Source: an uncultured virus (IMG/VR IMGVR_UViG_3300001346_000004)
Taxonomy: Duplodnaviria > Heunggongvirae > Uroviricota > Caudoviricetes
IMG/VR virus record: IMGVR_UViG_3300001346_000004
Direction: 5' to 3' (one strand)
DNA length: 64,000 nt
Shown: positions 18,137 through 28,292 of the stretch, one piece after another
Layout of the letters: each line of letters starts with the position of its first letter
Position numbering within the stretch: position 1 is the first letter of the stretch
Notes under the pieces: generated by a model
Told to the model about the DNA's origin: nothing
The model's input: the letters and a program-made list of their open reading frames with translations, nothing else
The model's database searches: none
Translations under genes and position numbers: made by a program

Positions 18137-19464
18137 TATTCATCCGCCTTTGGTTTTAGTGCTTTAGAAAGACTTTGTCTTTCTTTTACTGTTTGACCAT
18201 CAATAACTTGTTGGTTTGTATTATTAATAAATGAAGTTTTTTGTGTTTCTCGTTTTTCGTCACCAGCAAAATCTTTACCTGCTGCTGTATCACTTGGTCC
18301 TAAGTTTGTAATATTTGTTCTCACATCATCCTCAACTTTGCTCCATCTACCTTTAGCAAATCTAAACAGTCTGGTTGGTTTATAATCCGTTCTAAGATGG
18401 AATTGTCCTTCTGCAGGTCCCATCGGAAATGCAATACCTTGAGTAAATGGTGCTCCGTTAGGTGGAATACCATCTCCTATTAAGTAACCTTTGTATCCGT
18501 TTGCTTCTGCTGATTGGAATACAGTATCAGCAGTTACAGTATCAATGTCTGCATCATCTATTGTACCATCAGCAGTAACAAGTTCTGTTTTACCAGTTTC
18601 GTCTTGCTGTAGTGTGTATAATTTTGTAGTGTCATAACCGCTTTGCGGAGTATCTGCATTTGCCTGATCTTCAACAGCCTTGGTAATTTGCATTTCTTTC
18701 TCATACGTAGACATAATATCTTTGAGTGTATCTGCAAGTTTATAATATGTTGTATCAGGTGGAGCAGTACCTGTAACTTCTTGTGTTACTGTATACTGTT
18801 GACCATTAGGTGCTGTTACTGTATCTCCAGGATAATATGTTGAATCTGGATTCCAGGTTCCTTTGAAGTTTTCTGAATCTGCAATTTGATCCAGTATACC
18901 TTTGAACTCTTGTGAGTCTACTAGTGGTTTACACTTTGCTCTGTATAAATGAGGATACCATGTTACAGAAAATCCTTCTGCCGCTCTGTTTACATCTTCT
19001 ACAACATAAAATCTTTTCAGTGCATAATTTAAATCATTAAGAGCATACTCATCTTTTAAGTGAGGTAATTCTATTACATCACCAGGAATAATTTTTCTAC
19101 CAAGTTTCTCAACAGTATCTGAAATATGGAATGTAATAAAAACCGTATCGTTCTGTAAGAACAAACCAAATTGGCTTAGATTAAAATCAATGTCTTGTAC
19201 ATTGTATACTCCACGCATAACAAAAACATCAGAATCATATTTTCTATCTCTATTTTCAAGGAATAGCATATCCTGTATATTAGTAGGACTTAGAGTATCG
19301 TATTTAGGCTCGCTTGGAGTTGCTTCTTTGCTTGATGCTTCGGTACCTAAATACTTGTGCATAAGCACATCGGTACCACCTACCTGAAACATTTCCCAGG
19401 CAGTTTTATCAATAAACTTGTAATCGTTTCCCTTCTCGGGACGGTATAAACTCAGTCTTGGCAT
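18136..19464 (-). CDS. Neck/head completion protein (T4 gp14-like)
   Basis: LFLENRDRKYD, LSQFGLFLQND..FITFH, PGDVIELPH; divergent from a gp13-like gene. Confidence 0.65.
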   Translation of the reverse strand: MPRLSLYRPEKGNDYKFIDKTAWEMFQVGGTDVLMHKYLGTEASSKEATPSEPKYDTLSPTNIQDMLFLENRDRKYDSDVFVMRGVYNVQDIDFNLSQFGLFLQNDTVFITFHISDTVEKLGRKIIPGDVIELPHLKDEYALNDLNYALKRFYVVEDVNRAAEGFSVTWYPHLYRAKCKPLVDSQEFKGILDQIADSENFKGTWNPDSTYYPGDTVTAPNGQQYTVTQEVTGTAPPDTTYYKLADTLKDIMSTYEKEMQITKAVEDQANADTPQSGYDTTKLYTLQQDETGKTELVTADGTIDDADIDTVTADTVFQSAEANGYKGYLIGDGIPPNGAPFTQGIAFPMGPAEGQFHLRTDYKPTRLFRFAKGRWSKVEDDVRTNITNLGPSDTAAGKDFAGDEKRETQKTSFINNTNQQVIDGQTVKERQSLSKALKPKADE

Positions 19465-19508
19465 AGTATATGTATTTACCTAATCCGTCACAAGGCATAA
19501 ATACTTAC

Positions 19509-20267
19509 ATGAGCCAAATAGATAAAGCAAAACAAGAAGTATTTGATTATGTAAGACTAATGCTAGGCGATGGTATGATTGATGTCGAGCTTGATCCTGG
19601 CCATTATGAAACAGCATTACAGAGATCACTAGGCGTTTTTAGACAGCGTAGCGATAATTCTGTGGAAGAAAGTTACATAACTTTAAGTTTAGAAGAGAAT
19701 CAAAACGAATATATATTGCCTAAAGAAATACAACAAGTTAGGCAAATTTATCGTAGAAGTGTAGGATCACGTACAGGTAGTGGAACAGGTGGTACAGTAT
19801 TTGAACCGTTCAACTTAGCATACACAAATACATATTTGTTAAGTTCAACCAATATGGGCGGACTAGCAACATACGAATTATTTGCTCAATATCAAGAACT
19901 AGTTGGAAAAATGTTTGGATCATTTATCAACTTTACTTGGAATCCACAGAGCAAAAAACTAATTATTATGCAACGTCCAAGAGGAACTGAAGAAGTTTTA
20001 TTATGGGCATACAATGATAAGCCTGATCATGTAATACTCGAAGATGTTTATTCAGGACAATGGGTTAAAGATTATACTCTTGCAAACTGTAAAGTAATAG
20101 TAGGACAAGCAAGAGAAAAATTTGCAAGTATTGCAGGTCCACAAGGTGGTACAGCACTTAACGGTGCAAGTATTAAAGCAGAAGGCTTTAATGATATTGA
20201 AAGACTGACCATGGAACTTGGAACACAAGTTGCAGGCGGACACGGCTACAGTTGGATTATAGGTTAA
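19509..20267 (+). CDS. Neck protein (T4 gp13-like)
   Basis: VRLMLGDGMIDVELD, WVKDYTLANCK..GQAREKF..IAGPQGGTALNG, terminal IIG. Start moved to ATG 19509 after TAAATA-N5. Confidence 0.75.
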   Translation: MSQIDKAKQEVFDYVRLMLGDGMIDVELDPGHYETALQRSLGVFRQRSDNSVEESYITLSLEENQNEYILPKEIQQVRQIYRRSVGSRTGSGTGGTVFEPFNLAYTNTYLLSSTNMGGLATYELFAQYQELVGKMFGSFINFTWNPQSKKLIIMQRPRGTEEVLLWAYNDKPDHVILEDVYSGQWVKDYTLANCKVIVGQAREKFASIAGPQGGTALNGASIKAEGFNDIERLTMELGTQVAGGHGYSWIIG

Positions 20268-20608
20268 TGAAAATACACGAATTAGTAACAGAAGAAGAGC
20301 ATCAGGAAATCTTTAATGAGGTTGCTAAAATGGTGTGGGGTAGAGCTGCTCCTACTGCTAAAGGCGGCAAAACTAAACTGCGTTTTAGATGCTCAGTAGG
20401 TCCAAGAAAAGGCAGACAAGTTAGTCATCCTTCTAAATGTGTACAACAGTACAATGTTGCTAGAGCACAAAAAATGAAAACTACTCGTGCTAGAACTTCA
20501 CCAACACAAGCACGTAGACAGAAGAGAAGTAAATCAATTAACACAGCAAGTGTTTTGGCAAGAAAACTTAACACAGGTAAGCCAGGACAACCAAAACCTT
20601 TTTATTAA
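20267..20608 (+). CDS. Small basic protein
   Basis: MKIHELVTEE N-terminus, then Arg/Lys-rich with a RCSVGPRKGR..C motif; TAATG coupling. Confidence 0.65.
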   Translation: MKIHELVTEEEHQEIFNEVAKMVWGRAAPTAKGGKTKLRFRCSVGPRKGRQVSHPSKCVQQYNVARAQKMKTTRARTSPTQARRQKRSKSINTASVLARKLNTGKPGQPKPFY

Positions 20609-20612
20609 ACAC

Positions 20613-20640
20613 TTGACATACACGCAATAGATGCTATAAT
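20613..20640 (+). promoter_or_regulatory. Sigma70-type early promoter
   Basis: TTGACA-16nt-TATAAT with TGn extended -10; AAGGAG RBS before 20664. Confidence 0.75.
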
Positions 20641-20663
20641 ATAACTTTAAAGGAGAGAGTTAT

Positions 20664-21281
20664 ATGATTATAGGCGTTTGCGGGTTTATCGGTTGTGGTA
20701 AAGATACAGTAGCAGACTATCTGGTTAATTTCCATGAGTACCGTAGAGAAAGTTTCGCAGATTCACTAAAAGATTCAGTAGCAGCAGTATTTGGCTGGGA
20801 TAGAATCATGCTTGAAGGAAGAACAAAAGAGTCTCGAGAATGGCGTGAGCAGGTAGATAAATGGTGGGCTGAAAGATTAGATATGCCTACACTTACTCCT
20901 CGTTGGGTATTACAATATTGGGGTACTGAAGTATGTCGTAAAACTTTTCATGATGATATATGGATTGCTAGTATTGAAAACAAATTACGTCAAAGCAAAG
21001 ATAATATTGTTATTAGTGATGTACGTTTTCCTAACGAAATCAAAGCAATTAAGAATTTAGGTGGTGAAATACTTTGGGTAACACGCGGTGATTTACCTGA
21101 ATGGTATGAGCATGCTGTAAAAGCAGTCAACGGTTCAAACTTAAATATAAATGAAATGAAGATTCGTAAAATACACTCGTCTGAATGGGCATGGGTAGGA
21201 ACAAAGTTTGATCATATAATTGCTAATGATAATAGTATTGATGACTTGTATACAGATATAAAATCAATAATCAGCAACTAA
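20664..21281 (+). CDS. Deoxynucleoside monophosphate kinase (T4 gp1-like)
   Basis: IIGVCGFIGCGKDT, SFADSLK, TPRWVLQYWGTE, ISDVRFPNE, HSSE. Confidence 0.9.
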   Translation: MIIGVCGFIGCGKDTVADYLVNFHEYRRESFADSLKDSVAAVFGWDRIMLEGRTKESREWREQVDKWWAERLDMPTLTPRWVLQYWGTEVCRKTFHDDIWIASIENKLRQSKDNIVISDVRFPNEIKAIKNLGGEILWVTRGDLPEWYEHAVKAVNGSNLNINEMKIRKIHSSEWAWVGTKFDHIIANDNSIDDLYTDIKSIISN

Positions 21282-21599
21282 ATCGCCCTGTTTCCATTTA
21301 ACACCTTCTTTAGATAGTACAGTACGGCAATTAGCACATACACTTTTTAAATTGCTGTGTTTACAGTTATCTAGATTCTCATCAACATGATATACTCTAA
21401 ATACTTCTTTGTGCGGCGATTTGTGGCCGCATTTATCACACTGTTTCTTGATTCTGTAACCTGCTCTATACCATCTAGGTATACCATGATATAATCCATG
21501 TTTAGAACATGCTTCACATAGACTTCTATAATACGTTTTACCGTATTTCTTATAGTTTACTGCTTTGGGTCTTAAACCGCACTTGCATAAAGGTCTCAT
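21264..21599 (-). CDS. Zn-binding HNH-like protein
   Basis: CKC, CEAC, CDKC, VYHVDENLDN..NLKSVCANC. Confidence 0.65.
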   Translation of the reverse strand: MRPLCKCGLRPKAVNYKKYGKTYYRSLCEACSKHGLYHGIPRWYRAGYRIKKQCDKCGHKSPHKEVFRVYHVDENLDNCKHSNLKSVCANCRTVLSKEGVKWKQGDLVADY

Positions 21600-21727
21600 A
21601 CATGTATTTACACCTTTTCTATCCCTTTGTCTAAAGCGCCTTAACGCACCATTTTTTAATCATTCCGCTAAATACAATATAACAATACATTACGTAATGA
21701 ATTGAATTATTACCAGGAGAAAAGTAA

Positions 21728-24700
21728 ATGGCACTTACATCACCCGGCGTAGAAGTTAGTGTAATAGATGAGAGTTTTTATACTCCGGCTGAACCCGGAA
21801 CAACTCCACTTATTATAGTAGCAACGGCCCAAGACAAAACTAATGCCGCAGGCACTGGCGTTGCTTCAGCAACTTCGGCGGCGAATGCAGGGAATGCATT
21901 TAAAGTGACAAGTCAAAAAGAATTAGTAGATCTTTTTGGAGTTCCTAACTTCGAAAAGACAGCGAGCAATACACCTATTCATGGTAGCGAACTTAATGAA
22001 TATGGCCTATTGGCAGCATACAGTTTACTAGGTGTATCTAACGCAGCGTTCGTAACGAGAGCAAATGTTGATTTAGGGCAACTAACAGGAACAGCAGAGG
22101 CTCCGGGAGCGAACCCACCTGATGGAACTTGGTGGATTAACACTGGATCTACAGCATGGGGTATCCAACAATGGAATAGTGCAGCATTAAGCACTACAGG
22201 CGGACAAAAATTTGCTGCTAAGACTCCTATTGTTTTAACTGATGCAGATGCAGCGAAGATTTCAAATAACGCTCCACTAGGATCAGTAGGATCAATTGGT
22301 GACTATGCAGTTGTATTTGAAACTGTAGGAACAGCAGCAACAGGGTCATTTAGTTTTTCTAAAGACCCAGCAAGAATGTATTACAAATCACCAGGTAACA
22401 CACAAGCAGGTGTTGCAGCAGGTAATTGGGTACTAGTAGGTTCTCAGGAGTGGAGAGCAAGTATTCCAACAGTAATTACAGCACAATTAACAGGATCTAA
22501 AATTACAGCAGCAGCAGGTAACTTTACTATTAATAGTACAACAGTTGCAATAGGCGGCAGTGATTCAGTAGATGATATTGTAGCAACAATTAACGGTCTA
22601 AGTATTGCAGGTACTACAGCAAAGAATGTAAGTGATAGAATTTACATTTACACTGATGGAACTTCTAATACAAATGCAAACACAGTTGTTATTGGAGCAA
22701 ACAATGCTGACTTAACTGAATTAGAAATTTCACCAGTAACATACAAAGGTCCAGAACTTTACCAGGCGCCACACACACTTGTGCCACAGTGGAAAGGTAC
22801 TCCTGGAACAGATGCAGGCGCTAGACCAACAGGATCAGTTTGGATCAAAACTACAGAACCAAACAACGGTTCAAGATGGAGAGCAGCAAAGTGGAATTCA
22901 GCAACTGCAACTTGGGTATCATATGATGCTCCATTATATGCAAGCGGACATTCAGCAATTTATTCATTAGACAGAAGCGGAGCAGGCATTAATTTAGCAG
23001 CAGACAGTTTGTTTGTACAAACTAATGCATTTGAGCATAGCATGTATGATTCATCTCCAGCAACAGCAGTGTTCCGTACATGGCGTAGAGCTAACACTGG
23101 AGTAACAACAGTTACATCAGCAGTTGTTGCAACACAATTGATAGCAGATGATTACACATTTGAAATCCAAGAATCAATTCAAGGACAAGAAGCATTAAAT
23201 GCAGCAATAAATGTTACATTTTCAAGTTCAGGTTCAAGTTCAGATGCTAACACAATGGCAGCGGCTATTAACGCAGCAGGCTTTACAAATGTTGAAGCGG
23301 CTGTTACAGCAAATAACGAAATTACAATTTCACACAAAACAGGCGGTGAAATTAGACTTCGTGATGTAGGAAGAGATGCTCTTGGTGCATTGTTTACACC
23401 ATATAACATTGATACAGCAGCAGGTACTGCTAACTTCTACAACTTGTCAGACGCATCATTAACAGCAGGTTCAAGTCAATTAGCACCAGGTGCTGATGAT
23501 TCAACTGCTGAAAATAGATATCTTGCTTCAAACTGGCAGCCACTTTCATCAAGTGATTTTTATGCTAGTTCAGACAATCCAGAAGCAGAGCCAGCAGACG
23601 GACAACTTTGGTACAACCCAGAGTTTTCAGATGTAGACATGATGATACACGATGGTACTACTTGGGTAGGTTACAGAAGTGCAACAAGTCCATACACTGA
23701 AGCAGCAAGCGATAGAGTTGGTTATGTTCCAACTGTAAGTGCTTCTAATCCGTATGTAGCAGGAACAACTGTTACAGGCGACCTTTGGATTTCAACAGCA
23801 GATATTGAAAACTATCCAACAATTTACAAGTATGACGGTAACCAATCAGGACCAGTTTCAGAAAGATGGGTTTTAGTTGATAAAACTGATCAAACATCTG
23901 AAGATGGTGTATTGTTTGGTGATGCACGTTATGGTTCAACTGGTGCTACTGGTAACACAGCAGCAACAATTAAGGATTTACAAAAAGTAGACTTCTTAGA
24001 TCCAGATGCTCCAGATCCTGCATTATACCCACAAGGTATGCTTTTATGGAATCTACGTAGAAGTGGCGGTAACGTTAAACGTTATGCTAACAACTACATT
24101 GATATCACAGCAGATAACCAACGTTTCAATAACGACGAAGCGATGGGTGCATATGCAACTGACCGTTGGGTTACTGAATCAGGTAACAACGAAGACGGAT
24201 CAGGTTCATTCGGTAGAAAAGCACAACGTAAAGTTGTTGTACAAAGAATGAAGAGTGCAGTTGATACAAGCAGCCAGGTACGTGACGAAGAGAGACGCAA
24301 CTTTAACATAATTGCTGCTCCTGGTTATCCTGAGCTAATGAGCAACCTAGTTAATCTAAACATTGACAGAGGCTTAACAGCGTTTGTTATTGGTGATACA
24401 CCACTTAGATTAGCAGCAGATGCAACTACATTGACTAACTGGGGAACAAATGCTTCCTTAGTAACAGACAATGGCGATGACGGCTTAGTAACATACGATG
24501 AATACTTAGGTGCGTTTTATCCAAATGGATTTACAACAGACTTAGGTGGTTCAAACGCAGTTGTTCCAGCATCACACATGATGATGAGAACTATTGCACT
24601 AAGTGATCAAGTATCGTTTCCATGGTTTGCACCTGCAGGAACAAGACGAGGCGGCATTTCAAATGCTACAGCAGTAGGATTTATTGATGCAGCAACAGGC

Positions 24701-25147
24701 GAGTTCCAAACAGTTGCACTTAACGAAGGACAAAGAGATACATTGTATGATCTAAAAGTTAATCCAATTACATTCTTTAATGGTGTAGGGTTAGTAAACT
24801 ACGGACAAAAAACTAGAGCAAGAAACGCTTCTGCACTAGATAGAATAAACGTAGCACGTTTAGTTGTATACATGCGTAGTCAACTTAACAAATTGGCTCG
24901 TCCGTATATCTTTGAACCAAATGACAAGATTACTAGAGATGAAGTAAAACAGGCAGTTGAAAGTCTACTTCTTGAACTAGTTGGTCTTAGAGCAATTTAC
25001 GATTTCGCAGTAGTATGTGATGAAACAAACAATACTCCGGCTAGAGTCGACCGCAACGAACTATATGTTGATATTGCGATTGAACCAGTCAAGGCTATTG
25101 AGTTTATATACATTCCGTTGCGTGTCAAGAACACAGGGGAGATATAA
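21728..25147 (+). CDS. Contractile tail sheath protein (gp18-like)
   Basis: MALTSPGVEVSVIDES, PWFAPAGTRRG, NPITFF, GQKT, ALDRINVARL, FEPND..TR, VVCDETNNTP, VDIAIEPVKAIEFIYI. Confidence 0.95.
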   Translation: MALTSPGVEVSVIDESFYTPAEPGTTPLIIVATAQDKTNAAGTGVASATSAANAGNAFKVTSQKELVDLFGVPNFEKTASNTPIHGSELNEYGLLAAYSLLGVSNAAFVTRANVDLGQLTGTAEAPGANPPDGTWWINTGSTAWGIQQWNSAALSTTGGQKFAAKTPIVLTDADAAKISNNAPLGSVGSIGDYAVVFETVGTAATGSFSFSKDPARMYYKSPGNTQAGVAAGNWVLVGSQEWRASIPTVITAQLTGSKITAAAGNFTINSTTVAIGGSDSVDDIVATINGLSIAGTTAKNVSDRIYIYTDGTSNTNANTVVIGANNADLTELEISPVTYKGPELYQAPHTLVPQWKGTPGTDAGARPTGSVWIKTTEPNNGSRWRAAKWNSATATWVSYDAPLYASGHSAIYSLDRSGAGINLAADSLFVQTNAFEHSMYDSSPATAVFRTWRRANTGVTTVTSAVVATQLIADDYTFEIQESIQGQEALNAAINVTFSSSGSSSDANTMAAAINAAGFTNVEAAVTANNEITISHKTGGEIRLRDVGRDALGALFTPYNIDTAAGTANFYNLSDASLTAGSSQLAPGADDSTAENRYLASNWQPLSSSDFYASSDNPEAEPADGQLWYNPEFSDVDMMIHDGTTWVGYRSATSPYTEAASDRVGYVPTVSASNPYVAGTTVTGDLWISTADIENYPTIYKYDGNQSGPVSERWVLVDKTDQTSEDGVLFGDARYGSTGATGNTAATIKDLQKVDFLDPDAPDPALYPQGMLLWNLRRSGGNVKRYANNYIDITADNQRFNNDEAMGAYATDRWVTESGNNEDGSGSFGRKAQRKVVVQRMKSAVDTSSQVRDEERRNFNIIAAPGYPELMSNLVNLNIDRGLTAFVIGDTPLRLAADATTLTNWGTNASLVTDNGDDGLVTYDEYLGAFYPNGFTTDLGGSNAVVPASHMMMRTIALSDQVSFPWFAPAGTRRGGISNATAVGFIDAATGEFQTVALNEGQRDTLYDLKVNPITFFNGVGLVNYGQKTRARNASALDRINVARLVVYMRSQLNKLARPYIFEPNDKITRDEVKQAVESLLLELVGLRAIYDFAVVCDETNNTPARVDRNELYVDIAIEPVKAIEFIYIPLRVKNTGEI

Positions 25148-25150
25148 GAC

Positions 25151-25792
25151 ATGCCTATTACATCATTAAATAACTTTTCAGTACCAACAGACGCAGGCAA
25201 CCAAGTGCTCTTGATGCCTAAACTAAAGTATCGCTTTAGGGTGACACTTTTAGGATTTGGAGTAAGTTCTGCAACTGAATTAACAAAACAAGTAGTTGAC
25301 GTTACAAGACCAAAAGTTGGTTTTGAAGAAATGACGCTAGACGTTTACAACTCAAAAGTATTCTTAGCAGGTAAGTATACATTTGAGACTATCACGCTTA
25401 ATTTGCGTGATGACGCTAGTGGCGAAGTTCAAAAACTTGTTGGTCAACAGGTTCAGAAGCAGTTCGATTTTGTTGAACAAGCATCTGCTAGATCAGGTAT
25501 TGATTACAAATTTACTACTAAGATTGAAGTATTAGACGGTGGCAATGGAAACAATGCTTCCGGAGTTAACGTGTTAGAAACAGCAAATATGTATGGTTGT
25601 TTCTTAACGTCCGCTGATTATGGCGATGCAAACTACGGTACTAACGAAGACATGCGTGTAGCATTAACTATACGTTTTGACAACATGGTACAATGGGGTG
25701 CAGGCGAACAAGGCGTTGGCGTTGGAATTGGTGCAGCAGTGGAAAGAACGCTTGGCGCATCTACTACTGGTTCTGGTACAGCACAAGGCTAA
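25151..25792 (+). CDS. Tail tube protein (gp19-like)
   Basis: Directly after the sheath; PKLKYRFRV, VTRP, AGKYTFETITLNLRDD, YGCF, LTIRFDN. Confidence 0.85.
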   Translation: MPITSLNNFSVPTDAGNQVLLMPKLKYRFRVTLLGFGVSSATELTKQVVDVTRPKVGFEEMTLDVYNSKVFLAGKYTFETITLNLRDDASGEVQKLVGQQVQKQFDFVEQASARSGIDYKFTTKIEVLDGGNGNNASGVNVLETANMYGCFLTSADYGDANYGTNEDMRVALTIRFDNMVQWGAGEQGVGVGIGAAVERTLGASTTGSGTAQG

Positions 25793-25816
25793 TACTAATT
25801 TTAGTATTGATATTAG

Positions 25817-25848
25817 AAAGCTCGGGCTTAAAACCCCGGGCTTTTTTT
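25817..25848 (+). terminator. Intrinsic terminator after tail tube gene
   Basis: AAAGCTCGGG-cttaaaac-CCCGGGCTTT followed by a T run. Confidence 0.8.
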
Positions 25849-25864
25849 ATGGCTAAATACTAGT

Positions 25865-26977
25865 ATGGCAAATAAGTTTACTAGATTTCTGACAGACGTA
25901 TTCACAGGTATTACAAATCCTAAAGGTAGAGTAGCGAACTATACACATGCTACTAGATTGTTTATTGATGATAATATGCGTCTTGCACCAAAGACGAAAT
26001 TTAATTATTATTTAAAAATTGAATTAGATCCATCTGCACACAAGGCTGCTAATTTTACAGCAAAGCATGCTGACGAAACAGGATTACTAGTAAAGACTGC
26101 TGACTTACCAAAGTTTAATTTTGACACAGAAACTTTTAATCAGTATAATCGAAAAAGAATTGTTTACAAAAATATTAATTATGAAGATGTAAGTTTTACA
26201 TTCCACGATGATAACCAAGGTGTTATAAATGCATTATGGGCAATTTACTATGGTTATTATGTTAAAGATAGAAACTTACCTAGTTCAGCGTATAGTGATA
26301 AAACAGATCCTTATAGAGCAACAGGTACAGAATTTGATAAGTTTAGATATGGATTAGATAACGATGTTAGTAGTCCACTATTTAAAAGTGTAACTTTGTA
26401 TACAATGGGCAGACGAAGATTTATAGGATATACACTTGTCAATCCTAAAATTAAAACTTGGCAACACGGCAATAGAGATTATGCAGCAACATCTGAGCCT
26501 GCTGAAAGCACAATGACTTTACAGTATGAAGCAGTTGTTTACTCTGCAGGAACAGTTAGCGAAGGCGAACCTAAAGGGTTTGCTACATTACATTATGATA
26601 ATACACCTGGACCTTTAACTGTCGGAGGCGGCGGCACAGGAAATTTATTAGGAGCAGGTGGAGTACTAGATGGATTAGAATCTGTGTTTGGTGCAGTTGG
26701 AGATGGTACAGCATTTAGTTCTGGAGGAAATTTTTTAAGCACTGCAATTAAAGCAGTAAATACTTATAAGGGTGCTAAAGGATTAAGCAAAGCAGGATTA
26801 TTATCAGAAGCAACAAATATACTTACTAGCCCAGTTGGTACACAAGCAGTTGCAAATACAATAAGCGGAATTGCAGGCTCAGTGTTTAATAAAAATGATC
26901 CTAGCAACTCAACTACTAAAGGCACACCGAAAAAATTAGGTGGATCCGGCACAGGAAGACAGGACATCGGACAATAA
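25865..26977 (+). CDS. Tail tube-like baseplate/tube initiator protein (gp48/gp54-like)
   Basis: LVKTADLPKF, NQYNRKR, YEDVSFTFHDD, YTLVNP, MTLQYE suggest a tube-fold paralogue. Confidence 0.6.
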   Translation: MANKFTRFLTDVFTGITNPKGRVANYTHATRLFIDDNMRLAPKTKFNYYLKIELDPSAHKAANFTAKHADETGLLVKTADLPKFNFDTETFNQYNRKRIVYKNINYEDVSFTFHDDNQGVINALWAIYYGYYVKDRNLPSSAYSDKTDPYRATGTEFDKFRYGLDNDVSSPLFKSVTLYTMGRRRFIGYTLVNPKIKTWQHGNRDYAATSEPAESTMTLQYEAVVYSAGTVSEGEPKGFATLHYDNTPGPLTVGGGGTGNLLGAGGVLDGLESVFGAVGDGTAFSSGGNFLSTAIKAVNTYKGAKGLSKAGLLSEATNILTSPVGTQAVANTISGIAGSVFNKNDPSNSTTKGTPKKLGGSGTGRQDIGQ

Positions 26978-26978
26978 T

Positions 26979-27347
26979 ATGGCTACAACAAATTTACCAG
27001 CAAAAAAACTTACTGACAGTGCTGCAAAAACAAAATTGTTTTTTGACACATACGGTACTGCACCGTTAGAATTTAACGCAACTGAAGTTGATGCGACTAT
27101 AGGTTTTTTTGAAAGCAGAGGATTTTCAAAAGAAGCAGCATCAAGTATTTCAATGAGTGTTCTAAAACAAGCAAAACTTGAAAATACACCAATTTTTTCT
27201 ATACTAGATGATTTGAAAAAATTAGAAGGATTAGAAATAAGTGGTTTAGTATCTGAAATACTTAACAACAACCGACCGCCTACATCTACGCTAGGCTATA
27301 GAAACCCATCTCAAGATATATCAAAACAACGTAACGTGGTACCATAA
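26979..27347 (+). CDS. Hypothetical protein
   Basis: ORF coupled to its neighbours; start at ATG 26979 is likelier than the track start. Confidence 0.6.
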   Translation: MATTNLPAKKLTDSAAKTKLFFDTYGTAPLEFNATEVDATIGFFESRGFSKEAASSISMSVLKQAKLENTPIFSILDDLKKLEGLEISGLVSEILNNNRPPTSTLGYRNPSQDISKQRNVVP

Positions 27348-27787
27348 TGCCTAAGTTTGCACAAGGAAGATTCGAAATGAAGAATCCTGCAAAATATGTA
27401 GGTACAAAAAAACCCCTTGCTAGAAGTAGTTGGGAGTTTGTTTTTATGAGAATGCTGGATGAACATCCAGGTGTAGAAACATGGGCAAGTGAAAGTATCA
27501 AGATACCATATAGAGATCCATTAACAGGAAAGTATTCAATATATGTTCCAGACTTTTTTGTTGTATATTTGCAAAAAGGTGGAAAGAAGAGAGCGGAAGT
27601 TATAGAAGTAAAACCTAAAAACCAAACTATGAGAGAACATGTTGGAAAAAGCAGATTCAATCAAGAACAGTATATTAAAAATATGGCAAAATGGGAAGCA
27701 GCAGGAGCATGGTGTAAACAAAAACGTGTTAGATTCCGTATTGTAAATGAAGAAGATATTTTTCACACTGGCAACAAGAGACGATAA
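27347..27787 (+). CDS. Head completion nuclease (T4 gp4-like, TnsA-type PD-(D/E)xK)
   Basis: NPAKYVG, RSSWE, WASE..IPY, YVPDF, IEVKP, NMAKWEAA..WC. Confidence 0.88.
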   Translation: MPKFAQGRFEMKNPAKYVGTKKPLARSSWEFVFMRMLDEHPGVETWASESIKIPYRDPLTGKYSIYVPDFFVVYLQKGGKKRAEVIEVKPKNQTMREHVGKSRFNQEQYIKNMAKWEAAGAWCKQKRVRFRIVNEEDIFHTGNKRR

Positions 27788-27795
27788 GTAATAGT

Positions 27796-28284
27796 ATGAC
27801 AAAGAAATTAGAAGAACTGTTTAATATGGAAGATAAAAAAACTGCCCAAAAGCAAGCAGAAGAGTCAGTTCCTGTTGAAGTAACACCTCAACAAATTAAA
27901 AGCATTGAAGAAAGTTACAAAGAAGTAACTAAAATAACAGGCGATTTGCCTAAGATAAACGAACTAGATGCTTTAGAAGAAAAAGATTTAGATAGTCTTG
28001 CAGATAAAGCAGAAAAAGCATATGATGATCTAATGGATTTAGGCATGAACGTAGAAGTACGTTATAGTGGACGAATATTTGAAGTTGCTAGTAGTATGCT
28101 TAAAAATGCTATAGATGCTAAAACTGCAAAAGTAGATAAAAAACTAAAAGCAGTAGATTTACAGTTGAAAAAATTTAAATTGGACCAAGATTCACCCGAA
28201 GATTCTAATGATGTTCTCGATGGAAAGGGCTATGTAATGCTTGATCGCAATGAATTAATTAAGAAATTAAGCGAAAAGGAATAA
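27796..28284 (+). CDS. Putative terminase small subunit-like coiled-coil protein
   Basis: Helical AYDDLMDLGMNVE.R...RIFEVA..MLK pattern resembles T4 gp16-like proteins; lies upstream of terL. Confidence 0.45.
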   Translation: MTKKLEELFNMEDKKTAQKQAEESVPVEVTPQQIKSIEESYKEVTKITGDLPKINELDALEEKDLDSLADKAEKAYDDLMDLGMNVEVRYSGRIFEVASSMLKNAIDAKTAKVDKKLKAVDLQLKKFKLDQDSPEDSNDVLDGKGYVMLDRNELIKKLSEKE

Positions 28285-28292
28285 ATACTTAC

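Noticed and set aside
17929..18167. Two 60-aa track ORFs in the gap between the gp14-like and gp15-like genes
   Set aside because: A different 59-aa minus-strand ORF (17957-18136) fits the gap exactly with TAATG coupling at both ends.
21264..21599. HNH-like gene as a mobile homing endonuclease or intron
   Set aside because: Free-standing, interrupts no gene, has its own late-type start, and the last HNH His appears replaced (CANCR).
27347..27787. TnsA-like nuclease as a Tn7 transposon
   Set aside because: No tnsB/tnsC or terminal repeats; motifs and context match T4 gp4 head completion protein.
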